A stretch of DNA of 64,000 nucleotides, from the NCBI GenBank assembly GCA_043228905.1, contig JBHGNT010000004.1:5208001-5272000 (forward strand), given 5' to 3'. Position 1 is the first letter of the stretch, and the number at the start of each line of letters is the position of its first letter. The DNA is from Azolla caroliniana. Lineage: Eukaryota; Plantae; Polypodiophyta. Below, in pieces: positions 36,339 to 48,807 of the stretch. The notes beneath the pieces are model-generated. The model had not been told where the DNA came from. It saw nothing but the letters and a program-made list of their open reading frames with translations, and searched no databases. Position numbers and translations under genes: made by a program.

Positions 36339-38455
36339 TCTCGGTTATCGGAACCGAGGGAGTCGCGGTTACGTTCGTGGTTCGGCCGTACCGTCAGAAA
36401 CTGGACCGAATGGCGCCCGTCTTGGCTTTTGACCCTCGCGTAGGCCGAACCATTGTCCAACACCTTGGTCTCCATCCGCGCCGCCGTGATGTACGGCTCT
36501 CCCAGTATGACCGGATGCGAAGACGTCTCCTGCACGAAGAAGTGCTGGTCAATCTCGACGTCGCCGATCTTGACTCGCACATTCGGACAGGCCCCGTGCA
36601 GTTCCTCGGTGGCGCGCGTTGCTGCCCTTATTTTCCACCCGTGCTTGGTGTTGATCGGCCATTTGCCCTTCTTATAGAAGTCCATGGACATCAAATTGAT
36701 CTCCGATCCGTGGTCCACCAAAGCTATCACCGGTTCCTGGACATCGCCGATCTTCACCGGGGTTTCCGTGGTCGCTCGGGCCCAGTGCGGTCTCGAATAG
36801 TGGCTTTCCGCCCACTCGTCTCCCAGCGCCATGTCGTCTAGGTGCGTCGTCCGCACTTCCACCGGTCTTTCCGGTTCTGTCTCCGTTGACAGCCTCTTCC
36901 GTTTCACCAAGTCCACGATGGAGTCGTGGAACTCCTTCTTGGCGATTCCCAGCACCTCCCGTAGCGACAGCTCCACCTTGCTGTCGAGGATCCGTTCCTC
37001 CAGGACCTTTCGTAAGTCCGTGGTTCTTTCTATCTCCGTCCCCAGACGGTACCCGCCCTTCTGGGGTTTATCTTGCGTACCGGCCCCGCCGGCTTCGTCC
37101 CGTCGTGGCCCGGACCGGGTCTCGTATCGTTGTGAGGGCCCGGTCGTCCCGGGTTTCCCCACCCGCTTCTCTTCTACCAGAGCCTCGTAGTTCCGGCAAG
37201 CGGCTTCCACGAAGCCCGTCTTTTCCTCGACCGGGTCGCTCCACCCGGTCATCTCCCGTACCCGTTTCTCCGCACGGTCCGATTCCTCCCCTTTAAGCCC
37301 TGCACCGGCAAGGCCTTCCAGCATCGTCGGCCAGAATCCGGCTTTGCTTTCCTTTCGGGCCTCGCCGCCCCCGACTCGAATACCGGCCGACGCCGAGTAG
37401 TGGACGGTTTCCGCATGTCGGGCCGCCGCCTCTTCCATCAACCTCTTCATTCCGCCTCGCCCGTCGTTTCGGTTTAGGGCCCTTCTCGTGTCGTTGGCGT
37501 GAACCCGGCCTTCCCATAGGTACACCACCCGGTTCCTCAGCGCCTCTGCGAAATCGCCGCAGTCTTTTCGGATGTGGCCGACCCCGTCGCACCACATGCA
37601 CCTGTTCCCTGCCGCCGGCCGTCGGTCACGAGCAGGTTCTCCGCCTTCTCTGCGGGCTTGTGCGATTTGGAGGTCTTTTATCGCCCTCGTCAGTTCCTCC
37701 AACGCAGCTCCTCCAGTCGAGCCTCTGATCACGCCGGTCGGAGCTGAACCGGATTCCAGCCATTCCCGAGTCTCTTCCCTTCGCACCGGCTGCGCCGGCT
37801 CGAGTTTCCTCGCCGCGACTGAGCCCGACCCGGCTGCTCTGTCATCCTCCCATTCTCGCCGTTTGTCGAAACGGCCGCAGGCTCTCTTGACCGCCGCCCA
37901 GTCGGCTGTCAGCCCGTCTTCGGTTTCTAGCAGGGCGCCCACGTGACTCCGATCCCTCTCGTCAACCGATTTGACGAACAGCAGGACCCGGCTTGTATCC
38001 AGGACCATCCTGTCAAGCGCCGAAAGGCGCGCGAAGTTCTCCTCGAACTCCCGGAGGAGTGCCGACGCATTCCTTCCTTTCCCGGGAGACTCCACCCACT
38101 CCATGAAGCTTCGCTTCGAAAGCCGGAGCGCGTCGTCCAGTCCGTATTTTTCCAGGAGCCGACCTTCGAACTCCTCCCAGGTACGGCTCTCCGCCCGCAC
38201 CTCGAGCACCTCCGCGTGGATGCTCGGCATCGCCACTCGGGGAAAACCGGCAAGACGCCTGTCTTCCGGAATGTCCCGCATTAACATTTCCGCACCGTAG
38301 GACGCCAGGTACTTCGTGGCATCTTTTCCGGTGAATCGACCGATCGTTCCGACGACCGCCTCAATAGCTCTATCGAGGGCGCCGGTGCCCTCGCGCGCGC
38401 TTACTATCCGATCCACGGCCGAAGCCATGGCCTCTGCAAGATCCGCCCCCTTCAT
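36329..38455 (-). CDS. gag: Gag-protease of gypsy C (708 aa)
   Basis: Zinc knuckle CMWCDGVGHIRKDC; protease LVDHGSEIN...VILG. Confidence 0.93.
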   Translation of the reverse strand: MKGADLAEAMASAVDRIVSAREGTGALDRAIEAVVGTIGRFTGKDATKYLASYGAEMLMRDIPEDRRLAGFPRVAMPSIHAEVLEVRAESRTWEEFEGRLLEKYGLDDALRLSKRSFMEWVESPGKGRNASALLREFEENFARLSALDRMVLDTSRVLLFVKSVDERDRSHVGALLETEDGLTADWAAVKRACGRFDKRREWEDDRAAGSGSVAARKLEPAQPVRREETREWLESGSAPTGVIRGSTGGAALEELTRAIKDLQIAQARREGGEPARDRRPAAGNRCMWCDGVGHIRKDCGDFAEALRNRVVYLWEGRVHANDTRRALNRNDGRGGMKRLMEEAAARHAETVHYSASAGIRVGGGEARKESKAGFWPTMLEGLAGAGLKGEESDRAEKRVREMTGWSDPVEEKTGFVEAACRNYEALVEEKRVGKPGTTGPSQRYETRSGPRRDEAGGAGTQDKPQKGGYRLGTEIERTTDLRKVLEERILDSKVELSLREVLGIAKKEFHDSIVDLVKRKRLSTETEPERPVEVRTTHLDDMALGDEWAESHYSRPHWARATTETPVKIGDVQEPVIALVDHGSEINLMSMDFYKKGKWPINTKHGWKIRAATRATEELHGACPNVRVKIGDVEIDQHFFVQETSSHPVILGEPYITAARMETKVLDNGSAYARVKSQDGRHSVQFLTVRPNHERNRDSLGSDNREDF

Positions 38456-41400
38456 TTCCTACTCTTCTGCCGCCTCTTTCACGTCGGGTTCACCAAGATG
38501 TCGGGGTTGCTACGCCCTTGCGTGTAGAAAGGAGGAGGGACCACGGGGGTCTCGAACCGAAGAGCAAGAGAGAGAGGAGTAAGAGAGAGAGACCCGATTA
38601 CACAGAACCGAAGATCCGATTGCGCAGAACCGACGATTGCACAGGGACACGGCCCAACAAACAGAGATCACAAATAGACGCCGACGCAGATGGACGCAAC
38701 AACGAGAGATATGTGCTTATGAATGCAAGAAAATAACAGACTAAAGTATTACAACCCACGGTGGGGCACAAAATAGATACTAACGAAAACGAACAGGGCG
38801 GCGAACAGCTGCCGACCCCTGTATGTCGCGACGCACAGAAAGGGAAAACAGGTCGGAGGTGCTGCAGGACGCACTCGGGGCGTTCCACGGAACAGCGCAA
38901 GCCTCCTCGAAACCTGCACAGGTACGCGATGGAGCAGAAGACAGAGAGAGCAGGAGTGAGAGAGAAGCTCCGAAATCGGTTCGGCAGCACTTCGTCCTCT
39001 CCGCGGGAGATACCCCACTTCTATTCTTCCTCTTCCTTTTATAGCCCGTCAAGAGGCCGTTTGGCATTAACTGCATACCAACCGAATCTACCCACCTAGG
39101 ATCCTCGTATGTACCTACTTCGTCCTTAGGTACTTCTTGGCGCGCGTGTGTGTGTAGAGCCGTTTCCCACGCCTTGTTCCTCCGATTCCTCTTGTGGGCG
39201 GTTTTCTTCACGACAACGTGATAAACAGATCACCCTCAGTACCTTTGGACGGAGACACGCCGCAGAGAGTGTGGACCGGTAGGGAAGTATCCTACCGGCA
39301 TCTGAAGGTGTTCGGGTGTCTCGCATACGTGCATGTGGCAAAGGACCGGAGAGGAAAGCTAGATCCAAAGACCCGGCCATGCATATTCCTCGGTTACGGC
39401 GATGACGAGTTCGGCTACCGAGTATGGGACCCGGTCGACAAGAAGATATTCCGGAGTCGTGATATCATCTTCATGGAGAACAAGACACTCGCCGACTGGG
39501 AGTCGGAGAAGAAGATGAAGAGCTCCAAGTCGACCGGTGAGGATCAACTCTACGAGGAGCAGTCCCGACCGGCAAGGGACCGGTTAGCACTCGAGGATCC
39601 GGCCGAAGACGGTGAAGAAACAGAACCGGCCGAAGAAGATGAAAATGATACCGGAACCGGCCCCGATCCCGAAATGGATTCGGATGAAGACGAATCGGAA
39701 GAACCGGTTACCGAAGCTCCGGAACGGAGATATCCTCTGAGAGAGAGAAGGGCCCCCCGGAGATTTCCGGAACCAGAGCACGTGCTGCTAACCGACGAGG
39801 GGGAGCCAGAGAGCTTTGAAGAAGCAAAGCATGACATCCAGAGCCACAGGTGGTTGAGTGCCATGCAGGACGAGATGGATTCCCTGCATGAGAACCACAC
39901 ATATAAACTTGTGGAGTTGCCGAAAGGAAAGCGGGCACTTCGAAACAAGTGGGTGTTCAAGCTGAAACCGGGAGATGCCGGAAACCCCCCGAGATACAAA
40001 GCCAGGATCGTGGTGAAGGGGTTTCAGCAGAAGAAGGGCGTCGACTTCGACGAGATATTTGCCCCGGTAGTGAAGATGACCTCCATCCGGACGGTGCTGA
40101 GCATAGCGGCAAGCATGGACCTCGAGGTAGAACAGATGGACGTGAAGACGACATTCCTTCACGGTGACCTCGAAGAAGAGATCTACATGCAGCAACCGGA
40201 AGGATTCGAGAAGAAAGGGAAGGAGCACCTGGTATGCCGGTTGAAGAAGAGCCTTTACGGTCTGAAGCAGGCTCCCCGGCAATGGTACCGGAAGTTCGAC
40301 TCCTTCATGACCGACGAAGGGTACCTCAAAACGCAGTCCGACCACTGCGTGTTTGTGAAGAAGTTCGAAGGAGGAGACTTTCTAATACTCCTCCTGTACG
40401 TGGACGACATGTTGATCGTCGGACGGGACCAGGGAAAGATACGGATGCTGAAGAAAGCACTTCACCGAACCTTCTCAATGAAGGACCTGGGTCCGGCGAG
40501 ACAAATACTAGGGATGCACATCATCCGGGACCGGAGCAAGAAGCAGTTGTGGCTGTCACAGGAGAAGTACGTGACAAAGGTGCTTAAACGGTTCAACATG
40601 TCGGAAGCAAGACCGGTCGGATCGACACTCCCGACAAACTGCAAGCTGTCCAGCAAGCAAAGCCCCAAGACAAAGGCTGAGAAGGAGGACATGATGAAAG
40701 TACCATATGCCTCTGCCGTCGGGAGCTTGATGTACGCAATGGTGTGTACCCGACCGGACATAGGATATGTAGTCGGAGTGGTGAGCCGGTACATGAGCAA
40801 TCCCGGCAAAGAGCATTGGAACGCGGCCAAGTGGATACTCCGATACCTGAAGGGCACGGCAAACGTGTGCCTCCGATTCGGCTCCGGTAAGCCCGAACTC
40901 GACGGCTTCACCGATTCGGATATGTCGGCTGATGCAGATACCAGCCGGTCCACATCAGGGTATGTGATGACGTATGCAGGGGGAGCTGTTTCATGGCAGT
41001 CGAGGCTGCAGAAGACGGTTGCATTGTCAACCACGGAGGCGGAGTACATGGCGGCTGTTGAAGCCGGCAAGGAAATAATATGGATGAAGGACTTCATTAG
41101 AGAGCTCGGTATCCGGCAGGAGGAGTACCGACTCTACTGCGACAGTCAGAGTGCAATCCACCTTGCGAAGAACGCGGCCTATCACTCCCGGACGAAGCAC
41201 ATCCAGCGAAGATATCACTGGATCCGGGAAAGGATAGAAGACAAGGAGTTCGTGCTGACGAAGATCCACACGGACGAGAACGGGTCGGATATGCTGACCA
41301 AGGTGCTCACACCCGACAAGCTGGAAGCATGCCGGAAGAGGATCGGATTGGAGAGACATCATCCCATGCCGAAGTGAAGGGGGAGTTTGTTGGGTTTACG

Positions 41401-44400
41401 GTCCCTTTCGGATGGGATGGTCGGATGCCGAAGATGAATGCCGACAAGCCCGGTTTCGGTTTCAGAACCGGATGATGAAGACCCCGGTTTCGGAACCGGA
41501 TGACGAATGTACCCGGAGAGAGATCCGGATGCGGGGACATATCTGCGAATATGTTTGCCAAGGGCCCTTGAGGCTATAGTTGTAAATAGCCCTAAAGTCA
41601 TATGTGTATAAATATGACTTAGGGCAAACAGTTTTAATGTTGCTACTCATTTTTCTGTTTTTCCACTCAAGAGGAGTGAAGAGAGAGCAGCCGTGAGAGA
41701 GATAGAGCGTGAGAGAGGAAGAGGTCGACGCCTCTGTGTAATACCGCCGCCTGTGGCGAGGATAGCGAGCTCAAGGTCATCGCCTTGCAGCTCGCCATTG
41801 TATATTTCTCTGTGCATAGTTTTGGTTTGGAGCCTTGCACTCCCGTGGTTTTTCCCATCTAGGGTTTTCCACGTTAATCCCTGTGTTATAGTGTCTTTCT
41901 CAGTGTTTCCTATTTTCTGCTGCATTGAATCGCGATTACTCGGTTGTGGCCGAGAGAAGAAGGTGAATCGGAGAGCGTCGATTCTCAACAAGAACCTTTG
42001 CAGCTGACTTCAGCTCGAAACAAAAAAGAAAAAACCTAATCTCGGTGAAGAATAGAAAGGGAAAAAAATGGATAGAGGTATGGCTAGTTCGCTTCCAACC
42101 GAGAAGCGTGACAGAAGTAATTATGCATCTTGGTCGTACAAGATGCACCAGTACCTGCTCGAACATGGATATTGGAGCTATGTCGATGGAGCGAATGATG
42201 CAACACCTGAATCGACATACACAGACTTCCCGGCCTGGGAATAGTCGGTGAGCAGAGTTCTCTACTGCTTCGCGTCCTGTGTGAGCGAACAACTCTTGAG
42301 CTACATTCGGGATGCAAGAATGCCAAAGGATGCTTAGGGAAATCTGAAAAAGATTTTCGCCACAAGCACCACAACCAGGAAGCTCCAACTCCGATAGGAG
42401 TTGAGCAATGTGCATCAACACAACATGACGGTGTCTGACTACACCACCAAGATAAAGGATATCTGCGACTCCCTCACCTCCATCGATGTGAACATTGAGG
42501 AGGGCGAAATGGTGCAGATATGCCTCGGAGGATTGGCGTTGAAGTTCGGAGCATTCTGAACTGCTATTTGTACAAGGGAGAATACGTCGTTGTTTTTCGA
42601 CTTGCAGTCAATGCTCCTTTTAAGCACGCCGATAGCAAGATGTTGTACATGGAGGGAGATAGGCCCCGTGGTCGTGGCGGACAAGGCGAGTTGGCGCGCA
42701 ATGGAGGCGGCCGACGGGAGCAAGGGAGAAGGCATCGTGGTGATGTCGACAACAATTCCGAACCCTCCGGAAGCATGGGGAGTCAAGGAGCCGACGAGAA
42801 CAGACAAGGGAAACACGCCGCGGAATGTTGGTATTGTGGCAAGAAAGGTCACAAGGAGAGCGAGTGCTAGAAAAAGTGCGTCGATTTGGAGAAAACCGCA
42901 TCCAGATCTGGATCGACCGAATAAGGAAATCGGCAGCGGTCGCACCATGCCGAAGGATCCGAAAAAGTCGGAAAGGGTGCAGCCTTCGTGACAAGACACA
43001 AAGTGAACTCGATGAAGGAGACCACCCCAAAATCGAACAAAGTGTGGTACGTTGACTCCGGAGTGTCAAACCATATGACGAGCCATAAAGAGTGGTTCTC
43101 ATATCTGGAAAAACCGGAACAACTGGGAGTAGTCGCAATAGGAGACGACACTCCGCATCCGATTGTACATGTCGGTGAAGTTCCCCTCAGCCACGTCAGG
43201 CAAAAAGGGAAGCTAATGAACGTGTTACACGTCTCGACAATAACAAAGAATCCAGTCTCAGTCGGACAGATCGTCGACCAAGGGATGCAAGTCTAGTTTA
43301 CGTATCTCGGGTACTTCATCGAGGAAGAAGGCCAAGTTATTGCGCAAGGGCGCAGAGATGGGAGGATGTTCATCCTCGACACTGATGACGTAGGCACCAC
43401 CATGTTCGCGAAAGGACAAAAAGTCGAGTCGGATATTGACTTGTGGCATAAGTGGATAGGCCACATCAACTACCAAAGGCTTCAGGACCTGCAATCGAAA
43501 CAAGTTGTGTTCGAATTGCCGAAATTCAGTGGTCAAAAGGCCCAAATTTGTGAAGCCTGCCAGCTGGGAAGCAACACCAACTTCCTTTCCCCAACGAGCG
43601 TAATCGGAGCTGAAATAAGCTCAACTTGATACATTCAGATGTATGGGGACCAGCACAGAACGTGGGTCTTGGCGGGAGTTGATATTTCGTCTCCTTCATC
43701 GACGACTACACCCAGCACACATGGATCTACCTCATCGAAAAGAAGAGTGAAGTCTTTGACTGTTTCCGAAACCTCAAAAATCTTGTCGAAAGGGAGACAG
43801 GGAGGAAGATCAAGTGCCTACGGTCGGATGGCAGAAAAGAGTACTTTTCCAGCCAATTCAACAGTTATCTGCAACAAATGGGAATTCGGCGCGAATTCAA
43901 TTGTAGGTATACGCCGGAGCAAAACGGCGTAGCCGAAAGGAAGAATCGGTCAGTTGTGGAAGCGGCGCAGGCAATGCTTGAAGAAAAGAGCATGCCCAAG
44001 TCCTATTGGGCCAAAGCAGTCCGAACCGCGGTCTACATCCAGAATCGGATCGGAGAAAAAATGTCGGCACATGAGTTGTATTTCGGAAGGAAGCCGAATC
44101 TACGACACTTGAGGGTTTTCGGTAGCATCGCCTATGTCCATGTGCCAAAGGAGAAGCGGAGGAAGCTAAACACGAAAGCCGAGAAGTGTATCTTGGTCGG
44201 TTACTCAAATGAACAGAAGGGTTATAAGTGTTATAATCCCCAAACCAAATAAGCTCGCATAAGTCACGATGTTGTGTTCGATGAGTTCGCGTCTTGGTAT
44301 TTGCCTCCGATTTCGGACCCCAACTCCAATCCGAGTTCTAAAGATGAGGTCAGTGAGGCTGAGATGCCCCCTGATGAGCGCGAACTCGAAACTCTTGAAG

Positions 44401-47400
44401 AGAGTCCAATCTCATTTCGGCTAAGTGGACCAAATGAGCGACTATGTCGGGTTGACCAGTCAGATGAAGAGTCAGCGAGTAGTGGAGACTCGGTCGTGCA
44501 TTCCGCGCGTAGGAAGCCTAAGAGATGGCTTACGCGCAAAGAAAAGGGAAATAAGAAGATGCCGATGTACGGCACGGATAGGGACGAGTCAGATCGACGC
44601 GAATCCGATTCCGAAAAGAGCGATGACGAGCCTTCAAGAGCAAAGCCCGCGTCAGCCAAAACGGCCTTAACATCGGCTAATGAGCAATTATGCCGATCTA
44701 CCCGCCAAAAGAACCCTGTTATGCTGTTCGGATACAACGAGTACATGGCGCATCACTATGCGTACATGACAAGTGTAGTGGAAGTGCGTGAGCCGGAGAG
44801 CTACGCAGAAGTGGCAAAGGACGCAAATTGGCGTGCCGCCATGGAGGAAGAGATGAACGCACTTGCAGAGAATGAAACTGGGACCTAGTTGACACCCCCA
44901 AGGGTGTAAAGCCGATTGGATGCAGGTGGGTGTACAAGGTGAAGTACAACACCGACGGCTCGTTCAACCGATACAAGGCCCGATTATTAGCAAAAGGCTA
45001 CGCACAGCAACACGGCATCGATTACGATGAGACGTTTGCGCCAGTCGCGAAGATGACGACAGTCCGTGTTTTTCTTGCGGTAGCTACGGCGAAGGGGTGG
45101 CACTTACATTAGATGGATGTAAAGAATGTGTTCCTGCAAGGCAAGCTTGAGGAACAAGTGTACATGGTACATCCCCCTGGATTTCACTCCGGAACGAACA
45201 CTTCGGCGGTATGCCGGTTGAAGAAGTCCCTTTACGGACTAAAGCAAGCCCCGCGTGCCTAGAACGTGAAGATCACGCATTGCTTGCGTCGGATGTGATT
45301 TGCGACATCCAAATCAGACTCTTCATTGTTCGCCTAGCAAGGTCGACTTGGGCCGGTTAGTAATTTACTTTATGTTGATGACTTGGTCATCGTCGGCGTC
45401 GACTTAAGTGAAATTGACCGCATAAAGCTCCAGGTTGCGGCATCATTTGATATGAAGGACCTGGGGGACCTTCATTACTTTCTCGAGATCGAAGTGATCC
45501 GAACCCCCGAAGGCATACTGATCAGCCAACGACATTACATGTTGACTATGCTCTTCAAGTTCGGGATGACAAACTGTAAGTTCGTCTCAACTCCTCTGGA
45601 CAAAACTGTGAAGCTTCACCCCGACTCCGGAAAGGTCTGCAACCCAAAAAGGTTCCGACAGATTGTCAGAAGCCTCGTATACTTGACTGTCACCCGGCCG
45701 AACCTCAGTTACTCGGTCAGCTTGATTAGTCAATACATGGCGCGGCCAACCGAGGAGCACCTTCAGTGCGTGCAACGCATACTCAGGTACGTCAGTGGCA
45801 CTAAGGACCGGGGGCTACTATATCGGACCGGTATTGCCGCGCAACTAGTCGGCTATACGGATGCCGACTGGGCCAGAAACGCTGGCGATCGCCAATCCAC
45901 ATCCGGATTCGCGTTCTCCCTTGGGAGCGCCACGATCGCGTGGAGTAGCAAGAAGCAGCCGATAGTTGCACTGTCGAGCACAAAGGCCGAGTATCGAGGA
46001 GCGGTTGTCGCAACATGCGAAGCCATATGGCTGAAGCGGCTACTTAAGGATCTGCAGGTGGAGGTGTCCGGTCCGACGAAGATCTACTACAACAACCTCA
46101 GCAGCATCCAACTTGCAAAGAACCTCGTCTTCCACGCCCGGACTGAGCACATTGAGGTGCACTATCACTTTGTCTACGAGCGTGTCCTCTCTGGTGAAGT
46201 CAAACTTCAGTATGTTCCGACGGAGCGGCAGAACGCCAACATCTTCACCAAGCCCCTTGGTCTAGACAAAGTTGTGGCAATTCTCGGTTGTGCTTGGGTT
46301 GCGGCCCCTCGACGTGCCGAACTTGAGGGGGAGAAAAGTCCCGCATGACCATGGAAAGGAGCATGAAAGGAATGGAAGTGACCTCGACACCAAATCAGAT
46401 GACGAATTCGATTTAGTATCGGTTGAAGAAGCCGAAGGTAAATCCACGGAAGAGTCTGAAAGCGGACGAGAGGGCAGCAGCCGAAAGAAAGATCCGGAGC
46501 CAGCCAAGCATGGGGGAGATGAAGCCAACAAGGGCGAGGAGGCCAAGATTGAGGACGAATTGGAGACAGCCAATTCGGACAAAAGCGGAGATGAATCAGA
46601 GGCAGCTGATTCGGCTCGGATGTTTGATTTGGAGACGCCGAATCAACTGAAGGCCAAGCGGAAGAAAGGGTAGCAAAAGAGGCGCCAACACCGTGATAGC
46701 AAGGGAGCTGGAAAAGGCCGCACGAGCAGACAAGCCGACCGTAAGGGTTGAGGCGCGCGGAATCGAACGGGTCGAGGAGCGCGAGCAAGGCGTGAAGTCA
46801 AGAGAAACCGGAGTGAAGGACCGGAAGAGCCTCAAGTTGAGCTTGAGGGGGGTCTTGAGATACAAGCTCAACATTGGCTGGATCGGTGCGTAAATCAGTG
46901 CGTAAACCGGTGCGCAACAAGAGGCCGGATCGGTGCGGAAACTGGGAGGCCGTTGAACAGCTATTCCGTGAGGGAATATATTTGGGAGTTAGTGTAGGAG
47001 CTCAGTTATGGGCATTGAAATACGTGTCAATACTTCTTTCAGTCCGTATGGACTTGTATAAAAGTGCTCTTTGAGCACATCCTATGTACAAAGTTTACAT
47101 ATTATTCGAATTTAGTTTTTTCTGTGTGTTAATCCCCTCTCTGTCTCTCCCGCGTACATCGTGTCTTAAGCTCTCAATTAAACCTGTGTCTTCCCTATTG
47201 GTATTCTGTGTTTCATATAGCTTCCGCACGTAACATTTCACACAGCCATAGCAATTTCTTCGGCCGGTCCTGGATTATGTGCATCCCTAGTATCTGTCTC
47301 GCCGGACCCAAATCTTTCATTGAGAAAGTATGGTTTAAGGCCTTCTTTAGATTTCCGATTTTGGCCCGATCTGGTTTGACGATCAACATGTCATCAACAT

Positions 47401-48807
47401 ACATTAGGAGTATCAGGAAGTCACCTCCATCAAATTTCTTCACGAACACGCACTGCTCGGCTTGCGTCTTGTGGTACCCTTGGTCGATCATGAAGGAGTC
47501 GAACTTCTGGGACCATTGCCATGGAGCTTTCTTCAATCCGTATAAGGTCTTCTTCAACCGGCACACCAAGTGCTCCTTCCCTTTCTTCTCAAATCCTTCC
47601 GGTTGCTACATGTAGATCTCTTCTTCGAGGTCGTCATGTAGGAATGTCGTCTTGACGTCCAGTTGCTCTACCCCAAGGTCCATGCTTGCCACTATGCTCA
47701 ACACCGTCCGGATGGATGTAATCTTTACTACCGGGGCAAAGATCTCGTCGAAATCCACTCCTTTCTTCTGTTGAAAACCCTTCACCACGATCGAGGCCTT
47801 GTACCTCGGTGGATTTCCGGCGTCTCCCAGTTTCAGCTTGTACACCCACTTGTTCCGAAGTGCCCTCTTTCCTTTCGGCAACTCCATCAATTCATATGTG
47901 TGGTTCTCATGTAGGGAATCCATCTCGTCCTGCATGGCACTCAACCACTTGTGGGTGTGGGTGTCTTTTTTTGCTTCTTCGAAGCTTTCCGACTCCCCCT
48001 CATCAGTCAACAATACGTTGTCGGGGTTGCTACGCCCTTGCGTATAGAAAGGAGGAGGGACCACGGGGGTCTCGAACCGAAGAGCAAGAGAGAGAGGAGT
48101 AAGAGAGAGAGACCCGATTACACAGAACCGAAGATCCGATTGCGCAGAACCGACGATTGCACAGGGACACGGCCCAACAAACAGAGATCACAAATAGACG
48201 CCGACGCAGATGGACGCAACAACGAGAGATATGTGCTTATGAATGCAAGAAAATAACAGACTAAAGTATTACAACCCACGGTGGGGCACAAAATAGATAC
48301 TAACGAAAACGAACAGGGCGGCGAACAGCTGCCGACCCCTGTATGTCGCGACGCACAGAAAGGGAAAACAGGTCGGAGGTGCTGCAGGACGCACTCGGGG
48401 CGTTCCACGGAACAGCGCAAGCCTCCTCGAAACCTGCACAGGTACGCGATGGAGCAGAAGACAGAGAGAGCAGGAGTGAGAGAGAAGCTCCGAAATCGGT
48501 TCGGCAGCACTTCGTCCTCTCCGCGGGAGATACCCCACTTCTATTCTTCCTCTTCCTTTTATAGCCCGTCAAGAGGCCGTTTGGCATTAACTGCATACCA
48601 ACCGAATCTACCCACCTAGGATCCTCGTATGTACCTACTTCGTCCTTAGGTACTTCTTGGCGCGCGTGTGTGTGTAGAGCCGTTTCCCACGCCTTGTTCC
48701 TCCGATTCCTCTTGTGGGCGGTTTTCTTCACGACATCCGCCCCCACCTAACCGCGCATCCACCGGCATGCGCCAAATTAAGTTGGCACGGAGAAAACCGG
48801 CCCGCCT

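Larger units (their letters stand above)
32052..39215 (-). mobile_element. Full-length Ty3/gypsy element C (7164 bp), very young
   Basis: 717-bp LTRs at 32052-32768 and 38499-39215 (1 difference seen); TSD ACGT; PBS TGGTGAACCCGACGTGA (tRNA-Trp) at 38479-38495; both ORFs open. Confidence 0.98.
30133..41377 (+). pseudogene. Gag-Pol polyprotein of copia E, intact except for the gypsy C insertion
   Basis: Joining 30133-32051 and 39220-41377 gives a 4077-nt open frame (1358 aa; junction ATY-V-INRSPS) with CFHCGKPGH, VDSGAS, integrase, YVDD and RNaseH. Confidence 0.95.
29500..41990 (+). mobile_element. Ty1/copia element E (Tnt1/Tork-like), young, hosts gypsy C
   Basis: 603-bp LTRs at 29500-30102 and 41388-41990 with about 4 differences; TSD AGAAC; Met-i PBS at 30106; PPT GAAGGGGGAG before the 3' LTR. 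Confidence 0.97.
29083..47242 (+). mobile_element. Ty1/copia element F (probably Ale-like, related to I), degenerate, hosts E
   Basis: 390-bp LTRs at 29083-29472 and 46853-47242; TSD CAGCC; PBS TGGTATCAGAGC at 29473; gag-PR-INT-RT-RH at 41996-46850 with many stops. Confidence 0.95.
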
